This document shows positions 24,117-34,399 of a DNA stretch of 64,000 nt, piece after piece. The stretch comes from a virus (lineage: Duplodnaviria > Caudoviricetes), in the IMG/VR virus record IMGVR_UViG_3300035661_000004. One strand, 5' to 3'. The first letter of the stretch is position 1. Every line of letters starts with the position of its first letter. The translations under genes were made by a program, and so were the position numbers. The notes beneath the pieces were generated by a model that was not told the DNA's origin, did no database searches, and saw only the letters and a program-made list of their open reading frames with translations.

Positions 24117-25865
24117 TTAGCTACCCAAAATTACCCTGCTCGTAAACCACTTTGGAAGCATATGCTTCCAGGCCTTGAACGACCTTGGAAAAGACTCATC
24201 GAGGATGTAAGTCACCGACTCGTCGGACTCGTGCCGCGTGCTTCTGCCGCTGGCTTGCATGATGCTGATCCACACCTTGTTGGTGTACCAGTTGGAGTCC
24301 AAGTTCTTCTTCTGCTTGACACGCGGGTCAGCTAAGCTGGCCCACGGCATCTTAAGGATGATCTGGAATTCAGAGAGGTCATCGAACAAGTCGACACCTT
24401 CCATCATCGAGGGCGAGACCAGCACGCTATGCTTGTGCTTCTCGCTTTCGGAGTGCATCTGCAGCAGCTCCGTATTGCTGAACCTACGGCCGTACTTGGA
24501 GGCCTTGCCCTGCAGCGAGCCGTCTAGAACCTCCATGTCCTTGTAGAGGAGGCGGTCACGATGCTTCTGGCTCACCTGCTTGTAGAGCTCGCCGCCAAAC
24601 TCGTAGGTGGCGGAGTGGATGATGCCGCGCTGCTCAGCGTGCTCGTCGAGCAGCATGTCCACAATCGGGCCGATCTTCGGAATGTTGACGCGCTTGTTGC
24701 TGTAGGTCAGGTCCAGCATCGGCGTGGCGATGATAGGCGACTTCTCAGCCGCGAACGGTGTATCCACCTCGATGTAGAGCGCCTGTTCCTCTGGGATGCC
24801 TAGTTCGGCGCACAGAGCGGCCTTCGTGCCCAGCGTCGCGGACATGAAGATGAACTTGTCAGCGAGGCGGCCGAAGTACTCGTGGAAGAGGAAGTCTGCT
24901 GTGATCGGGCTCAGCTGGATCGTGTTGGCCTCAACGTCGGCGTGAATCAGCCAACGGCGTTGCAGCTCTTCAACCGAGCTGTGAGTGCCGAAGAAGATAT
25001 TGAGCGGCTGAATTGACTTGTCGAGAGCGTAGATCTTCGCATTCAGCTTCTTGACCTTCTCGGCGATCTTGGCGTCGAAGCCTCGAGCCCAGCTCTTGGT
25101 GCTAAAGTTGTCATGCGAGCCGCGTTGTGGGAACTCGGTGTCGAGCTTCTCCTTGTACTCGGCAGCCTTCTCTTCGAGCTTGCCTTTGAGAACCTGCAGC
25201 TTCTCATAGTCGTTCGCCAGGTCGCCGGTAAACTTGATACCCTTGAGGTTGACGCCGTGCTCCTGGGCGATCAGCTCAGGGTCAATCTTGGTCTCGGCGA
25301 AGGAGACCAGGTGCTGCTCGAGGTTGTGAGCCTCGTCGACGATCATCGCTTCACGGGCGACCCAGCCGTTCTCATCCTGCTCAGGAGCCTCCTCGCCGTC
25401 CTTAGCGAACCCGCAATGGGCGCTGTAGAGGAGGAACAGCGGGTTGGTGATCATCGCCTGCGAGCGCAGCGCCTTGTTTTTCTGGTTGTAGTAGGAGCAC
25501 GTCTCATTGATCATGCAGTCCTTCTTCAAAGCGTCATTGGCGCTGCACGGTGCGGCGTCAACGGTGAAGTTGGGGTTGACGTTGCACTGGTAGTTGCCGC
25601 GCCCTTTCAGGTTGACGATCTTCTTCCAGGAGGACTCGTACTGGTCCTGCAGCTGCAACGTCGAAGTGAGGATATAAGCGCGACCTGAGAGGCGGTCCGC
25701 TATCGAGCACGTGATGTACGTCTTGCCAACACCAGTCGGGGCGTTGACGATGAAGTACTTGTACTTGTCCCAGCTTGAGTCAATCGTCTCAACAACCTGC
25801 TTTTGCTGAGGACGGATGCTGAGTTTGTGAGTTTCAAAGAAGACGAGCGGGTGATGCTGGAGCAT
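24117..25865 (-). CDS. DinG/Rad3-like SF2 helicase
   Basis: APTGVGKT, VDEAHN, MSATL, RGIIH, MEGVD, QASGRSTRH; Cys cluster. Confidence 0.85.
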   Translation of the reverse strand: MLQHHPLVFFETHKLSIRPQQKQVVETIDSSWDKYKYFIVNAPTGVGKTYITCSIADRLSGRAYILTSTLQLQDQYESSWKKIVNLKGRGNYQCNVNPNFTVDAAPCSANDALKKDCMINETCSYYNQKNKALRSQAMITNPLFLLYSAHCGFAKDGEEAPEQDENGWVAREAMIVDEAHNLEQHLVSFAETKIDPELIAQEHGVNLKGIKFTGDLANDYEKLQVLKGKLEEKAAEYKEKLDTEFPQRGSHDNFSTKSWARGFDAKIAEKVKKLNAKIYALDKSIQPLNIFFGTHSSVEELQRRWLIHADVEANTIQLSPITADFLFHEYFGRLADKFIFMSATLGTKAALCAELGIPEEQALYIEVDTPFAAEKSPIIATPMLDLTYSNKRVNIPKIGPIVDMLLDEHAEQRGIIHSATYEFGGELYKQVSQKHRDRLLYKDMEVLDGSLQGKASKYGRRFSNTELLQMHSESEKHKHSVLVSPSMMEGVDLFDDLSEFQIILKMPWASLADPRVKQKKNLDSNWYTNKVWISIMQASGRSTRHESDESVTYILDESFPRSFKAWKHMLPKWFTSRVILGS

Positions 25866-26129
25866 TATAGCTTTCTATACCGTGACTCTTCAATTGTATC
25901 ACGGATTGTCATAATGCCCCAATTACCTGTCCGAAGTTGCCATGGTAGCTTGCTATCACCGTGGCTTGCTGTTTAACAACATTTTAACACCAATGTAATT
26001 CTCATGTAAACAAAAAGTTCATCCGCGATTACATACTCAATTCATCAAAGATTACAACAGGGGTTCATCTAGATGAACCGACAAAAGAAAACAGGCCCGC
26101 AGGCCCGTTTGAGGATTAAGCGATGAGGC

Positions 26130-27248
26130 TTAAGAGAACAGCGCGAGGATGCGGTGCCCCTGGTTTTCCATCACGAGAGCGCTAAAGTAAAGCAGCAGGC
26201 CAGTAACGCCGGTGCCGATGATCATGCCTGTCTTCCAGCTTGCCCAGAGGAGCCAGTCGAGGATGATGAGGAAAGCGCACACGTCGATGATTGCGCCGAT
26301 GGCATGCTCACCGAAGTAGCTGTAGCCAAAGTTGGCCAATGTGATCACCGTTGCCCCGCGAAGCAGAGCGCCGCCGTTGATACGGTCCATGAAGGGCGAG
26401 ATTTCAACCAGCAGCGCGATGCCGAGCGCGATCGAGCAGTAGTACTCGAAGCCTGAAGCAAACAAGGCGACATAAGGCACACCAGCATGCTTCAGCGCGA
26501 CATAGAGCATCAGCACGAGCGTATGGCTGAAGACGACGACAGGCGCCCAGTTGCGCCGAATGTCGAGATAGAGTGTGCCAGGCAGGTAGCTCATGCCGAA
26601 GCCGAAGAGCGATGAGAAGCTAACCGCAGCGAAGAAGCCGAAGATTTGCGAGTCGTAGCAGACTGTGAGGACGCCGAAGTACAGCACGGCGTAGAACGAA
26701 GCCACGATGCTAGGAGGAATGCCTAGGCTGAAGAACCTGAGCACGGCCTCCGTCAGCTTCGGGTATGTCGTGATGGTCCAGATAGCGACCATCGGCGCCG
26801 CGAAGGCGCAGAACAGCGCGATGTAGAAGCTTTGGCTAACCGAGAAGGTTTCAGGCACCGCTAGGCCCAGCGTAGTGACTCCAAACAGCACGAGCTGATA
26901 GAGCCAAGTCGGCACGCCGGTGATCAGGAACCAGCACGCTTTGACCATGTTCTTGATGATGCCCGAGAAGCAGATGAGGAGCGCCACGATAGCGATTGTC
27001 TTGAGCAGGTTGACCCATGACAGCCAGCGGGTCCATGACGTTTCCGATGCCTCTTGTAGCTTCACATCGGCCTTCTGATACACCTCGCTGAGCGCCTGAG
27101 CTTCTTGCTCGGTTGTCAGCATGCCCTTGAGGTGCAGGTCCTTGATCGTCTCGACGCGGACCTCGTTGGCGGTGGGTGGATCAGCGAGCACGTGCCCGCT
27201 GAAGAGCATGCCTATGATGAAGGCGATGGTTACAAGCAGCTTGGTCAT
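26130..27248 (-). CDS. multi-pass membrane protein
   Basis: About nine hydrophobic segments. Confidence 0.75.
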   Translation of the reverse strand: MTKLLVTIAFIIGMLFSGHVLADPPTANEVRVETIKDLHLKGMLTTEQEAQALSEVYQKADVKLQEASETSWTRWLSWVNLLKTIAIVALLICFSGIIKNMVKACWFLITGVPTWLYQLVLFGVTTLGLAVPETFSVSQSFYIALFCAFAAPMVAIWTITTYPKLTEAVLRFFSLGIPPSIVASFYAVLYFGVLTVCYDSQIFGFFAAVSFSSLFGFGMSYLPGTLYLDIRRNWAPVVVFSHTLVLMLYVALKHAGVPYVALFASGFEYYCSIALGIALLVEISPFMDRINGGALLRGATVITLANFGYSYFGEHAIGAIIDVCAFLIILDWLLWASWKTGMIIGTGVTGLLLYFSALVMENQGHRILALFS

Positions 27249-27829
27249 GAGATCCTCTCAAGGGTGATGAAGGTAAGGCCAGGTTCTTCGGGATAGGGTG
27301 TGGTGGGGGAATTCATGTCTCGCACAAGCCAGGTACGACCGAAGGCTTGCTCAGCCTTGATGAAGTCGACCCAGTTGTGGAGGTTGTGCTTGAGGCGAAC
27401 ATCCGCGCCAGAGGAGCCTGTCAAGCGGCCTAGCTGCGGCCCGGGCAGGTGGACACATGTGATATAGAGCTTGGTCACCAAGCCGTGGTCGAGAGCGTAG
27501 TCGTACAGCGATGCGCCGCCGATCAGCCATGCCTCTTTGTCAAAGGCGTACTCGCTAAGGCTCTGAGACAGCGCCTGAGCACCAGCGTCATCGATGCGCT
27601 TGTAGGCGTGCTGATCACGCGTTAGCACGAAGTTGACACGGTTGGGCAGAGGCTTGCCGATTGAGTCAAAGGTCTTGCGGCCCATGACCACAGTAGGTTG
27701 GCCGCCGTTAGCTCGAGGAGCGCTTGTCAGCTCCTTGAACCGCTTCATGTCACGCGTTGACTTCCACGGCAACCTACCGTCGGACCAGCCAATTGCGTTG
27801 TCAGCGTCAACCGCTACAATCATCCTCAT
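27245..27829 (-). CDS. folA: dihydrofolate reductase
   Basis: IVAVDADNAIG..GRLPWK...DMKRFK.LT...VVMGRKTFDSIGKPLPNRVNFVLTR...IGGA. Confidence 0.9.
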   Translation of the reverse strand: MRMIVAVDADNAIGWSDGRLPWKSTRDMKRFKELTSAPRANGGQPTVVMGRKTFDSIGKPLPNRVNFVLTRDQHAYKRIDDAGAQALSQSLSEYAFDKEAWLIGGASLYDYALDHGLVTKLYITCVHLPGPQLGRLTGSSGADVRLKHNLHNWVDFIKAEQAFGRTWLVRDMNSPTTPYPEEPGLTFITLERIS

Positions 27830-27902
27830 ATTGCTCTCCTCTTGGAAGAGCGGATTGTATACTAGTTGGGCGCCGCTAGCTTGTTAGTCTCTTTTGTGCG
27901 CA

Positions 27903-29432
27903 TCATTCGCCCATGTACTTCAGCAAGCGCTTCCACTCGGGATCGCCCGACGACGCTACGCCCAGTGCGCCGATGAAGGTGCGGATGGAGACATACTTCA
28001 TCTTCTTCGACGCTATCTGCTCTTGCAGGTACTCTAGCACCTCGCGCTTCGTCTCGATCGTGATGTCAAACGAGTTCGGCGCGGACAGCTTATCCATGAT
28101 GCCTTCAATCCGCTCGAACACCTGCTTGGATGTTAAGGTCATGTCAATGAACATCGAGCGGTTTAGCACGGCCGAGTCGAGCCCGCTGTGTGGCTTATTC
28201 GAGATGAAGATGATCCTGCCGGTGAAGTCAAACTCGCTTGGGAACTTAACCTTGGCTGAAGCGTTAGCCTTCAGCTCGTCATCGACCTGCTTGATGTACT
28301 CATTCTTCTCATCGTCCGTCATGTGCGTGACGGCTTGTGTCAGCGGCGAGGCCCACGAGACGTTGCGAACAGGGCTTGAGTCAAGGCCTGCCTTCAAGAT
28401 GTTGACGGCGTCATCATTCTCCCACAGCGAGTCGGTGTCGTCAAACACCAGCAGCTTGGATCGGTTGATGAACATCGTTGAGTACAGGGTCAACGGCGAA
28501 ATCTTACCCTTGACCTGGATCCAGCCGGAGCCCTTCTTCAAGCCAGCGTCATGGATACAGTCCATGATTGTCTTGGTCTTACCGGTGCCTGGGCCACCGA
28601 TGACCACGAGGGAAGGGCGAGCACCCTTGATCACCATCTTGGTCAGGCGCTCGAGGTCATCGAACAGCTCTTGGGCTGAGATCGGCTCGATGGCTTGCTC
28701 AAGAGCCTTTTGGTCGGCCTTTGAGATCGGCGCGCTCGCGTCAAACTTGAAGTGATGGCCTTGACCAGGTGGGTGGACCGTGATGATCGCGCCAGTGTGA
28801 TCCTGCTCGATGCGAGCCAAGTCATAGTGGGTGTCGCTGCGGCCGCCGACGCCTACGTCATAGAACGAGCCTGGCAGCAGCATGTTATACTCTGCGCCGA
28901 CTTGCTTGAGCTCAGGGTAAGTGAACAGTAGGTCGGTCTTGTTGTTTTTCATCGCCCACTGCTTAGCGGCGGAGATGAACTTCTCAACGCTAACGCGCGA
29001 CGCTTCGAGCAGGTCTTGGTAGGACGCTACCTCAACAGCTTCCTTGACATTGGTGTCAACCTTAGCCGGATACTCGCCGACCTTCGGATGCTTGATGAAG
29101 TTCGTGACCTGAGTCAGGATGCGGAAGACGGAGACATCGGCCGGCAGCTCGATCTGGTAGTCGGGCACGTGGCCTGCTACAGCCGATGCGCCTTCGTCCC
29201 AGAGGTCGATGTAGCCGATGCGACGATCATGCTTGGTGTAGTCAAGCCGGAACGCCCTACTGCCGAAGAAGTAGAGATAGCCAAGGTCACCCGCCGCGTC
29301 ATGCTGAACACCGGTCTCACCGCCGTAGCGGTAGATCTTGCCCAGCTTGGTCTTGATGATGCGTTCGAGACGATGGATGGTCTCGGGGGAGAAAGCGCCT
29401 TCGCGGCCGCCGTGAATCTCAAATAGCTTCAT
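27903..29432 (-). CDS. late protein with C-terminal AAA+ ATPase domain
   Basis: GGPGTGKT, LLVFDD, IIFISN, SAVLNR; TAAATA at 29454..29459. Confidence 0.75.
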   Translation of the reverse strand: MKLFEIHGGREGAFSPETIHRLERIIKTKLGKIYRYGGETGVQHDAAGDLGYLYFFGSRAFRLDYTKHDRRIGYIDLWDEGASAVAGHVPDYQIELPADVSVFRILTQVTNFIKHPKVGEYPAKVDTNVKEAVEVASYQDLLEASRVSVEKFISAAKQWAMKNNKTDLLFTYPELKQVGAEYNMLLPGSFYDVGVGGRSDTHYDLARIEQDHTGAIITVHPPGQGHHFKFDASAPISKADQKALEQAIEPISAQELFDDLERLTKMVIKGARPSLVVIGGPGTGKTKTIMDCIHDAGLKKGSGWIQVKGKISPLTLYSTMFINRSKLLVFDDTDSLWENDDAVNILKAGLDSSPVRNVSWASPLTQAVTHMTDDEKNEYIKQVDDELKANASAKVKFPSEFDFTGRIIFISNKPHSGLDSAVLNRSMFIDMTLTSKQVFERIEGIMDKLSAPNSFDITIETKREVLEYLQEQIASKKMKYVSIRTFIGALGVASSGDPEWKRLLKYMGE

Positions 29433-29464
29433 AGGAGGTGTTCCTGTTTTAGCTATTTAAGGGT

Positions 29465-29950
29465 TCACGACGCTGATGGTTGCTCAGGCAAGTTCGCTTC
29501 GATGTTCTCGACCAGCTGCTTCGCGTCAATCAGCCCCTGGTGGAATGCGATGACCGAGCTGTCACCCGGGTTCAACGTCCCAGCCAGGCTGATCGCGCCG
29601 AGAGAGGCAAACGCTGTCCCAAGCTGGTTGACAGCGACCGTCAGCTTGACAACGTCAGCCGTTGCGGCCTCAGTGTGCGCGGCGCGGTCGATGAGGACCT
29701 TGACCTGCTCCTGCAGCCAGTCGCATGCAGCGAGCGAGTTCTCGCTGTTCTGCGTGAACGCCATGCACTCGTTGAAGACCGTGACATCGGCCTCCTTGAG
29801 GTTGACGACATTCTGGCTCAGGTTGAACGCGCAGAGGCTGAGGATAGCCTTGCCAGGGTTATCCCACAGCGGTCGCCCACCGGCGACCTCCGTGTAGAAG
29901 TGAAAAGGGAAGCGAGCGTAAAGCAGCAGCTCGTTGACTTGTGCTTTCAT
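29465..29950 (-). CDS. hypothetical protein
   Basis: Coupled to the AAA ATPase. Confidence 0.6.
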   Translation of the reverse strand: MKAQVNELLLYARFPFHFYTEVAGGRPLWDNPGKAILSLCAFNLSQNVVNLKEADVTVFNECMAFTQNSENSLAACDWLQEQVKVLIDRAAHTEAATADVVKLTVAVNQLGTAFASLGAISLAGTLNPGDSSVIAFHQGLIDAKQLVENIEANLPEQPSAS

Positions 29951-32322
29951 TAGATGCGGTCAGAGTTCTCAAGGTTGTCGAAGTTCCTGCGCAGGCCTGC
30001 ATTCTTGGCCTTTGCTTCCTCTTCGAGCTGCGCCAGCCAATCTTTAGCCGACAGCGTTGCGTCAAACAGAGCCGCTTGCCGCTTGACGGTGGCGAAGTCG
30101 CCAGGCGTCAGGTGAGCGATCTTCAACAGCTCGAAGTGCATCGGGTCATCGACCGTCAGCTCGACACCCGACTCGTTTGCGAACATCTTGACGCGCTGTG
30201 ACTCGGTCAGCTCGAGGAAGTTGAACTTGAACGTGAAGCGGCGCAGCGCGGCAGCGTCGAGCTGGCTGAATAAGTTGGAGGCGCAGATGAAGATGCCCTT
30301 GAAGCGCTCCATGCCTTGCAGCAGCTCGTTGACCATGGTCACCTCCCACGAGTTCTTGCTCATGGCGCGGTCACGCAGGAAGCTGTCGGCTTCGTCCAGC
30401 AGGAGGATAGCGCCTTCAGCGGAGGCCTCACGGAACATCTCAGCCAGGTTCTGCTCGTTCTCACCGACCCACTTGGACAGGATGTCCGAGGCCCGCTTGA
30501 CGAGCAACGGCTTGTCCAGCTTGTCGGCGATGTACTCGGCCAGCTGGGTCTTGCCGGTGCCTGGCAAGCCGTAGAAGCAGAGGGTTGCTTGGGGCTTCTT
30601 CTTCAGGGCGTCGATCACCTGCTCAGGCGAGAACTTGCTGCGGATGTTCAGCAGGCCAAGGTCATACTTGGTGACGGAGGAGCGCAGCTCTTCAGTCTTG
30701 TCACGACCCAAGGCACGCTGGCTCTCTTCAACCAGCTGCAGCAGCGTGTCGTAGCTGCCAGGTTCTTGCAGCTCGAGCAGCTGGACCACCTTGGCGGCTG
30801 TCTCGACCTGCACGGCGCCGAGTTCCATGTACTTGGACAGAGCCTGCCGCACTTCAGCAGGCAGGTTCAAGCTGTTGGCGATCTTCTCGACTTCGAGCTT
30901 GCGGTCAGCACGCGTACCCGGGATCACCTCGAGGTGAAGCATGAACTTGCCGACGGCTTCCTTGGACAGGCGTTGAGGGTCGGCTGTGTACCAGATGGTA
31001 GCGATGCAGGACTTGGTCAGCAGCTGCTCATCAGAGTCCAGCTCGACTTTCTCATTGCTTGCCGAGTCTTTGTCCTCGAAGAGGGAGGCGAAGGACCTGC
31101 GAGAGGCACCTTTGCTCAGCACCGCTGCGGCGTCACGCACCAGCAGGACGTGCTTGACATCGGCGTCCTTGGCGGCACGGCCTTCCAGGATCCGCTGAGC
31201 GGCCCAAGTGATGGAGGCTTCGTCACCCCATGAGTCAGTACGTGCCACCGTCTCATACAGCTCGAACTCGATGCCTTCGAGAGCGCGTTGCAGCGCTTGA
31301 TCCTTGTCGAGCTTGCTCGGGCCGTAGACCAGGATGTTGACGCCAGGTTCTTGGCAGAGCGGGTCCTTGTGGATGACCTTTGTGAAGACGTCGCGAGCCA
31401 GCGTGATCATCTTCTCGTTGACACGAGCGATGACCGACGAATAGGTCTTCTGTGGCTTGACCGCGTTGACGAAGAGCGCGTCAAAGCCTTCGATGCCGTC
31501 TTTGTGGTCATAGCCGATGACCTTGCTCCAGAACTGGCTCAGCCGTTGGAAGCGGCCCTCAGTCGTCACCTTGACGATGTTGAATGCGAGCGGCTTGGAC
31601 GTGTCATGTGCGAGCACGCGCTCGGTCTCTTTCATCGCGGCGCTTATACTAGCGCCGGGGTCATCAGCGTCGGAGACGATGATGGACGTGAGGGCGTCTT
31701 CGAGCTGTTGGCGGAAAGCACCCTTGCGGCCGTCGGCCATCTCGAGCAGCTGCAGGAAGATGAAGGCTTCATGGTCGATCGTGACCGCCGTTGCATGCTC
31801 AAGGACGTAGGTCTCAGCCTGGGACAGGTCATAGATGCGAGCGACGTTGAGCACGTTGGCTTCGATCGAGGTCGTGATATCGGCGCGCTCGCGGGCTTGC
31901 CTTGCGGAGTCACAGATGTGCTCGCCGATGGCCTGGATGGCCGGCGGGATGTCCTTGGCCTCGCGCTTTTGGTACAACGAGTGGAAGAGGTCAGCGAAGG
32001 CCAGGAACTTGCCCAGGTACTCCGACGTGACGTGCTGGCCCAACGTCTTGCGGATCGAGTCGGCCAGCTTCGTGGACTCGGCAAGCTCATCCATCGAGAA
32101 GGACTTCGAGTCGATGTGGGCGACTTTGTTGATAAGGCTCATCGTCTCGCGGTCGATCGGCAGCGCGTCATCGGCTTCAGACTGGAAGGCCACAACCTTC
32201 AGCGCCATCGAGAAGAAGGCGCCAAAGAGCTGTTGATCAAGCGCGATCTGCTGGGCAACCTTCGGCTGCTGGATCATGCGGCCGATGACATTGTAGACCG
32301 TATAGGGAAAGACTGGCTTCAT
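29950..32322 (-). CDS. AAA+ ATPase (SpoVK/Cdc48-like, degenerate plus intact module)
   Basis: YGLPGTGKT, SKWVGENEQN, LLLDEADS, VNELLQGME, ASN, LDAAALRRF. Confidence 0.85.
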   Translation of the reverse strand: MKPVFPYTVYNVIGRMIQQPKVAQQIALDQQLFGAFFSMALKVVAFQSEADDALPIDRETMSLINKVAHIDSKSFSMDELAESTKLADSIRKTLGQHVTSEYLGKFLAFADLFHSLYQKREAKDIPPAIQAIGEHICDSARQARERADITTSIEANVLNVARIYDLSQAETYVLEHATAVTIDHEAFIFLQLLEMADGRKGAFRQQLEDALTSIIVSDADDPGASISAAMKETERVLAHDTSKPLAFNIVKVTTEGRFQRLSQFWSKVIGYDHKDGIEGFDALFVNAVKPQKTYSSVIARVNEKMITLARDVFTKVIHKDPLCQEPGVNILVYGPSKLDKDQALQRALEGIEFELYETVARTDSWGDEASITWAAQRILEGRAAKDADVKHVLLVRDAAAVLSKGASRRSFASLFEDKDSASNEKVELDSDEQLLTKSCIATIWYTADPQRLSKEAVGKFMLHLEVIPGTRADRKLEVEKIANSLNLPAEVRQALSKYMELGAVQVETAAKVVQLLELQEPGSYDTLLQLVEESQRALGRDKTEELRSSVTKYDLGLLNIRSKFSPEQVIDALKKKPQATLCFYGLPGTGKTQLAEYIADKLDKPLLVKRASDILSKWVGENEQNLAEMFREASAEGAILLLDEADSFLRDRAMSKNSWEVTMVNELLQGMERFKGIFICASNLFSQLDAAALRRFTFKFNFLELTESQRVKMFANESGVELTVDDPMHFELLKIAHLTPGDFATVKRQAALFDATLSAKDWLAQLEEEAKAKNAGLRRNFDNLENSDRI

Positions 32323-32323
32323 G

Positions 32324-32605
32324 TTACGGCCTCCTAGCCGTGTAACCTTCAAGTTGGTTATCCTCTGTCTGCAGCTCGTCCCAATGCTTGTCAGCAAGGG
32401 AACGATCCTCAAAGTGGGTGGTAAAGCTTTGCTCGTTGACGCCGAGCAGGATCGGATCCTGCAAGGCAGCAACGCTGCCGTCAGGAAGAATCTTGACTTC
32501 GAGGTACTGGTCCTCGAGCTCGTTGACCAGACGTTCGGTCCAAGCCTTGTCAGGATTGACCATGTGTGCTCCTAGTAGCAGCACCAGCCGCCGTACTTGC
32601 GGCAT
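32324..32605 (-). CDS. hypothetical protein
   Basis: ORF with GGAG RBS (likely start at an internal Met). Confidence 0.5.
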   Translation of the reverse strand: MPQVRRLVLLLGAHMVNPDKAWTERLVNELEDQYLEVKILPDGSVAALQDPILLGVNEQSFTTHFEDRSLADKHWDELQTEDNQLEGYTARRP

Positions 32606-32812
32606 TTGATACCGCCGTCTGACGGGTGAATGATCTCATGCTCGCAGTTAGGATCGGCCGCCCACAGCTCTTCACCGGCGGGCAGCCGTTTGCGGTTTGT
32701 ATACAGCCCACCCCCAAGGCTGGCCTTTCAAATGCGCCGTTACTTGAGCCTTAGCGGCCTCAGGGGGTGTCAGCTTCAACCTGAAGGTTGACGCTTATGC
32801 TGTATTTCATGC

Positions 32813-33325
32813 TCAAGCCTTGATGGCGTCATGGTACTCGAGCAAGGCCTTGATGGTCTTGTCGAAGTCACCGTCATGGTGGATGCCGTGGCCACCCTTG
32901 ACCACCCAGTCGTGGAGGTTGCCTTCGGTGTCATCGATGAGGACACGGTACGGCTTCGACCACAACTGCTTGTCGCGTCGCTTGACCACGTTGGTCTCGT
33001 ACTGCGGGCCGAACTTCTTAGCGACCCACTCACGTTTCTGCTGCTGGGAGGCGACCGAAGCCGGCGCTCCCGTCAGAAACTTGATCTTGTGGTCCGGCAA
33101 CAAGTCCTTGATCGCCGCCCACAGGCGTTCAGAGCCTGGGATCAGCTTCAGGTTGGCGAAGAACTGCTTGTCCCTGTGGATCGTGGCCCACAGGTGCTTC
33201 TTCTCCAAGTGCTTTGGGTGGCGGCCTCCGGACAACTCGGTCACGCGCAGGTCAAAGTCGGCGAACAAGCCGTCCAAGTCCAGGTGGAGCTCCTCGATCA
33301 GGGATTCTTCGTGTACTTTTATCAT
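32813..33325 (-). CDS. 5'(3')-deoxyribonucleotidase, HAD superfamily
   Basis: LDLDGLFADF...FFANL...LTG...K..W...LIDD; probably leaderless from promoter 33333..33361. Confidence 0.8.
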   Translation of the reverse strand: MIKVHEESLIEELHLDLDGLFADFDLRVTELSGGRHPKHLEKKHLWATIHRDKQFFANLKLIPGSERLWAAIKDLLPDHKIKFLTGAPASVASQQQKREWVAKKFGPQYETNVVKRRDKQLWSKPYRVLIDDTEGNLHDWVVKGGHGIHHDGDFDKTIKALLEYHDAIKA

Positions 33326-33593
33326 GGTGCGGATTGTAATCGGCCTTCTCGTGCCTGTAAACTTTCCAGGTCTGAATTTGTGATGCCCATTTGATCACAA
33401 TACCCCTTGCAGTAGCGCTTCGGCGCCCATCCGCAGGGGAACGCCGTCTCGACACGGACGGCGTGCGGCAGGGTCATGATGTCCAGCGCCTCGGGGTCAG
33501 GCGGGTGGTGAGGACGGGCAGTGCTTGCAGGGAGCCGTGTGGGCTCGCGCTTCAGGCTTGACCAGCTTGGCCGCCTGGCGCTCGACGGCGAGC

Positions 33594-33881
33594 TTAATGC
33601 GGCTCTTCATCGAACGGCCACACCGTGTCTTCGAAGTCGAAGTCGCTCACAGGTTGCGGCTGCAGCGTTGGCACGGCCATCCGTGTGTAGGACCAGCCAA
33701 GCAGCACCAACCCTAGGAAGCTCCAAGCCTTGATCTCGTGCCCGTCATAGTAGATGACGGTCCGTTTGAACCAGCCGTAGTCTCGGGGGTTAAAGCCGGC
33801 AAAGAGGCACCACTCATCGAGCGACTCCCACGACTCGTTGAAGTAGTCATTGTGGTAGGCCTCATGAGCCCACCTGTACAC
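33594..33881 (-). CDS. hypothetical protein
   Basis: Aromatic-rich ORF. Confidence 0.45.
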   Translation of the reverse strand: MYRWAHEAYHNDYFNESWESLDEWCLFAGFNPRDYGWFKRTVIYYDGHEIKAWSFLGLVLLGWSYTRMAVPTLQPQPVSDFDFEDTVWPFDEEPH

Positions 33882-33945
33882 CCAATAGAGGACGCCGGCG
33901 CGAACCTCAATGGGCGGTGACTTGCGGAGACGGGTCCATGGCGTG

Positions 33946-34389
33946 TCACCGGAAGGGCACGACCGAGATGCTGTTCTTCGGCGAGCCGTCGATCAGCTTG
34001 TCGCTATAGGCCAGGTACACCAGGACTTGGCGCGGCTGATCCCAGAAGCGGACGACACGGAGCTTCTTGAACAGCGGCGAGCGGGACTCATCGAACACCT
34101 GCTCACCCGGGCCGAACTGGGTCGTGACCTTCAGCGGGCCGGTGGCACGGCAGGCGATGCCGACGTCCGACTTGTCCTCGGCCAAGCCCACGGAACCCAT
34201 GAGGCCGCCGGTGATCGGGCGGCTCAGGTAGCAAGTCGAGCCTTGCACCTTGGGGTCATCGAAGGCGATGACCTCGATCTTGTGGTTGGCGCCCAGCCAC
34301 TTGAAGGCTGTGTCCACGGACCCGATGGTTTGAGCGGCAGCAATGCCACAGAGGAGGGCTGCGGCGGCCAGGAGGATGCTTCGCTTCAT
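33946..34389 (-). CDS. creA: CreA family periplasmic protein
   Basis: Signal peptide; IGSVDTAFKWLG.NHKI...FDDPKV.G.TCYLSR...GLAED.SD...IACR...LVYLAYSDKLIDGSPKNSIS. Confidence 0.85.
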   Translation of the reverse strand: MKRSILLAAAALLCGIAAAQTIGSVDTAFKWLGANHKIEVIAFDDPKVQGSTCYLSRPITGGLMGSVGLAEDKSDVGIACRATGPLKVTTQFGPGEQVFDESRSPLFKKLRVVRFWDQPRQVLVYLAYSDKLIDGSPKNSISVVPFR

Positions 34390-34399
34390 GGTGACTTCC

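Noticed and set aside
25870-26110. Replication origin or ncRNA in the AT-rich gap
   Set aside because: Only a short palindrome (GGTTCATCTAGATGAACC) and a terminator-like hairpin are present; no iterons or convincing structure, so it is unsupported.
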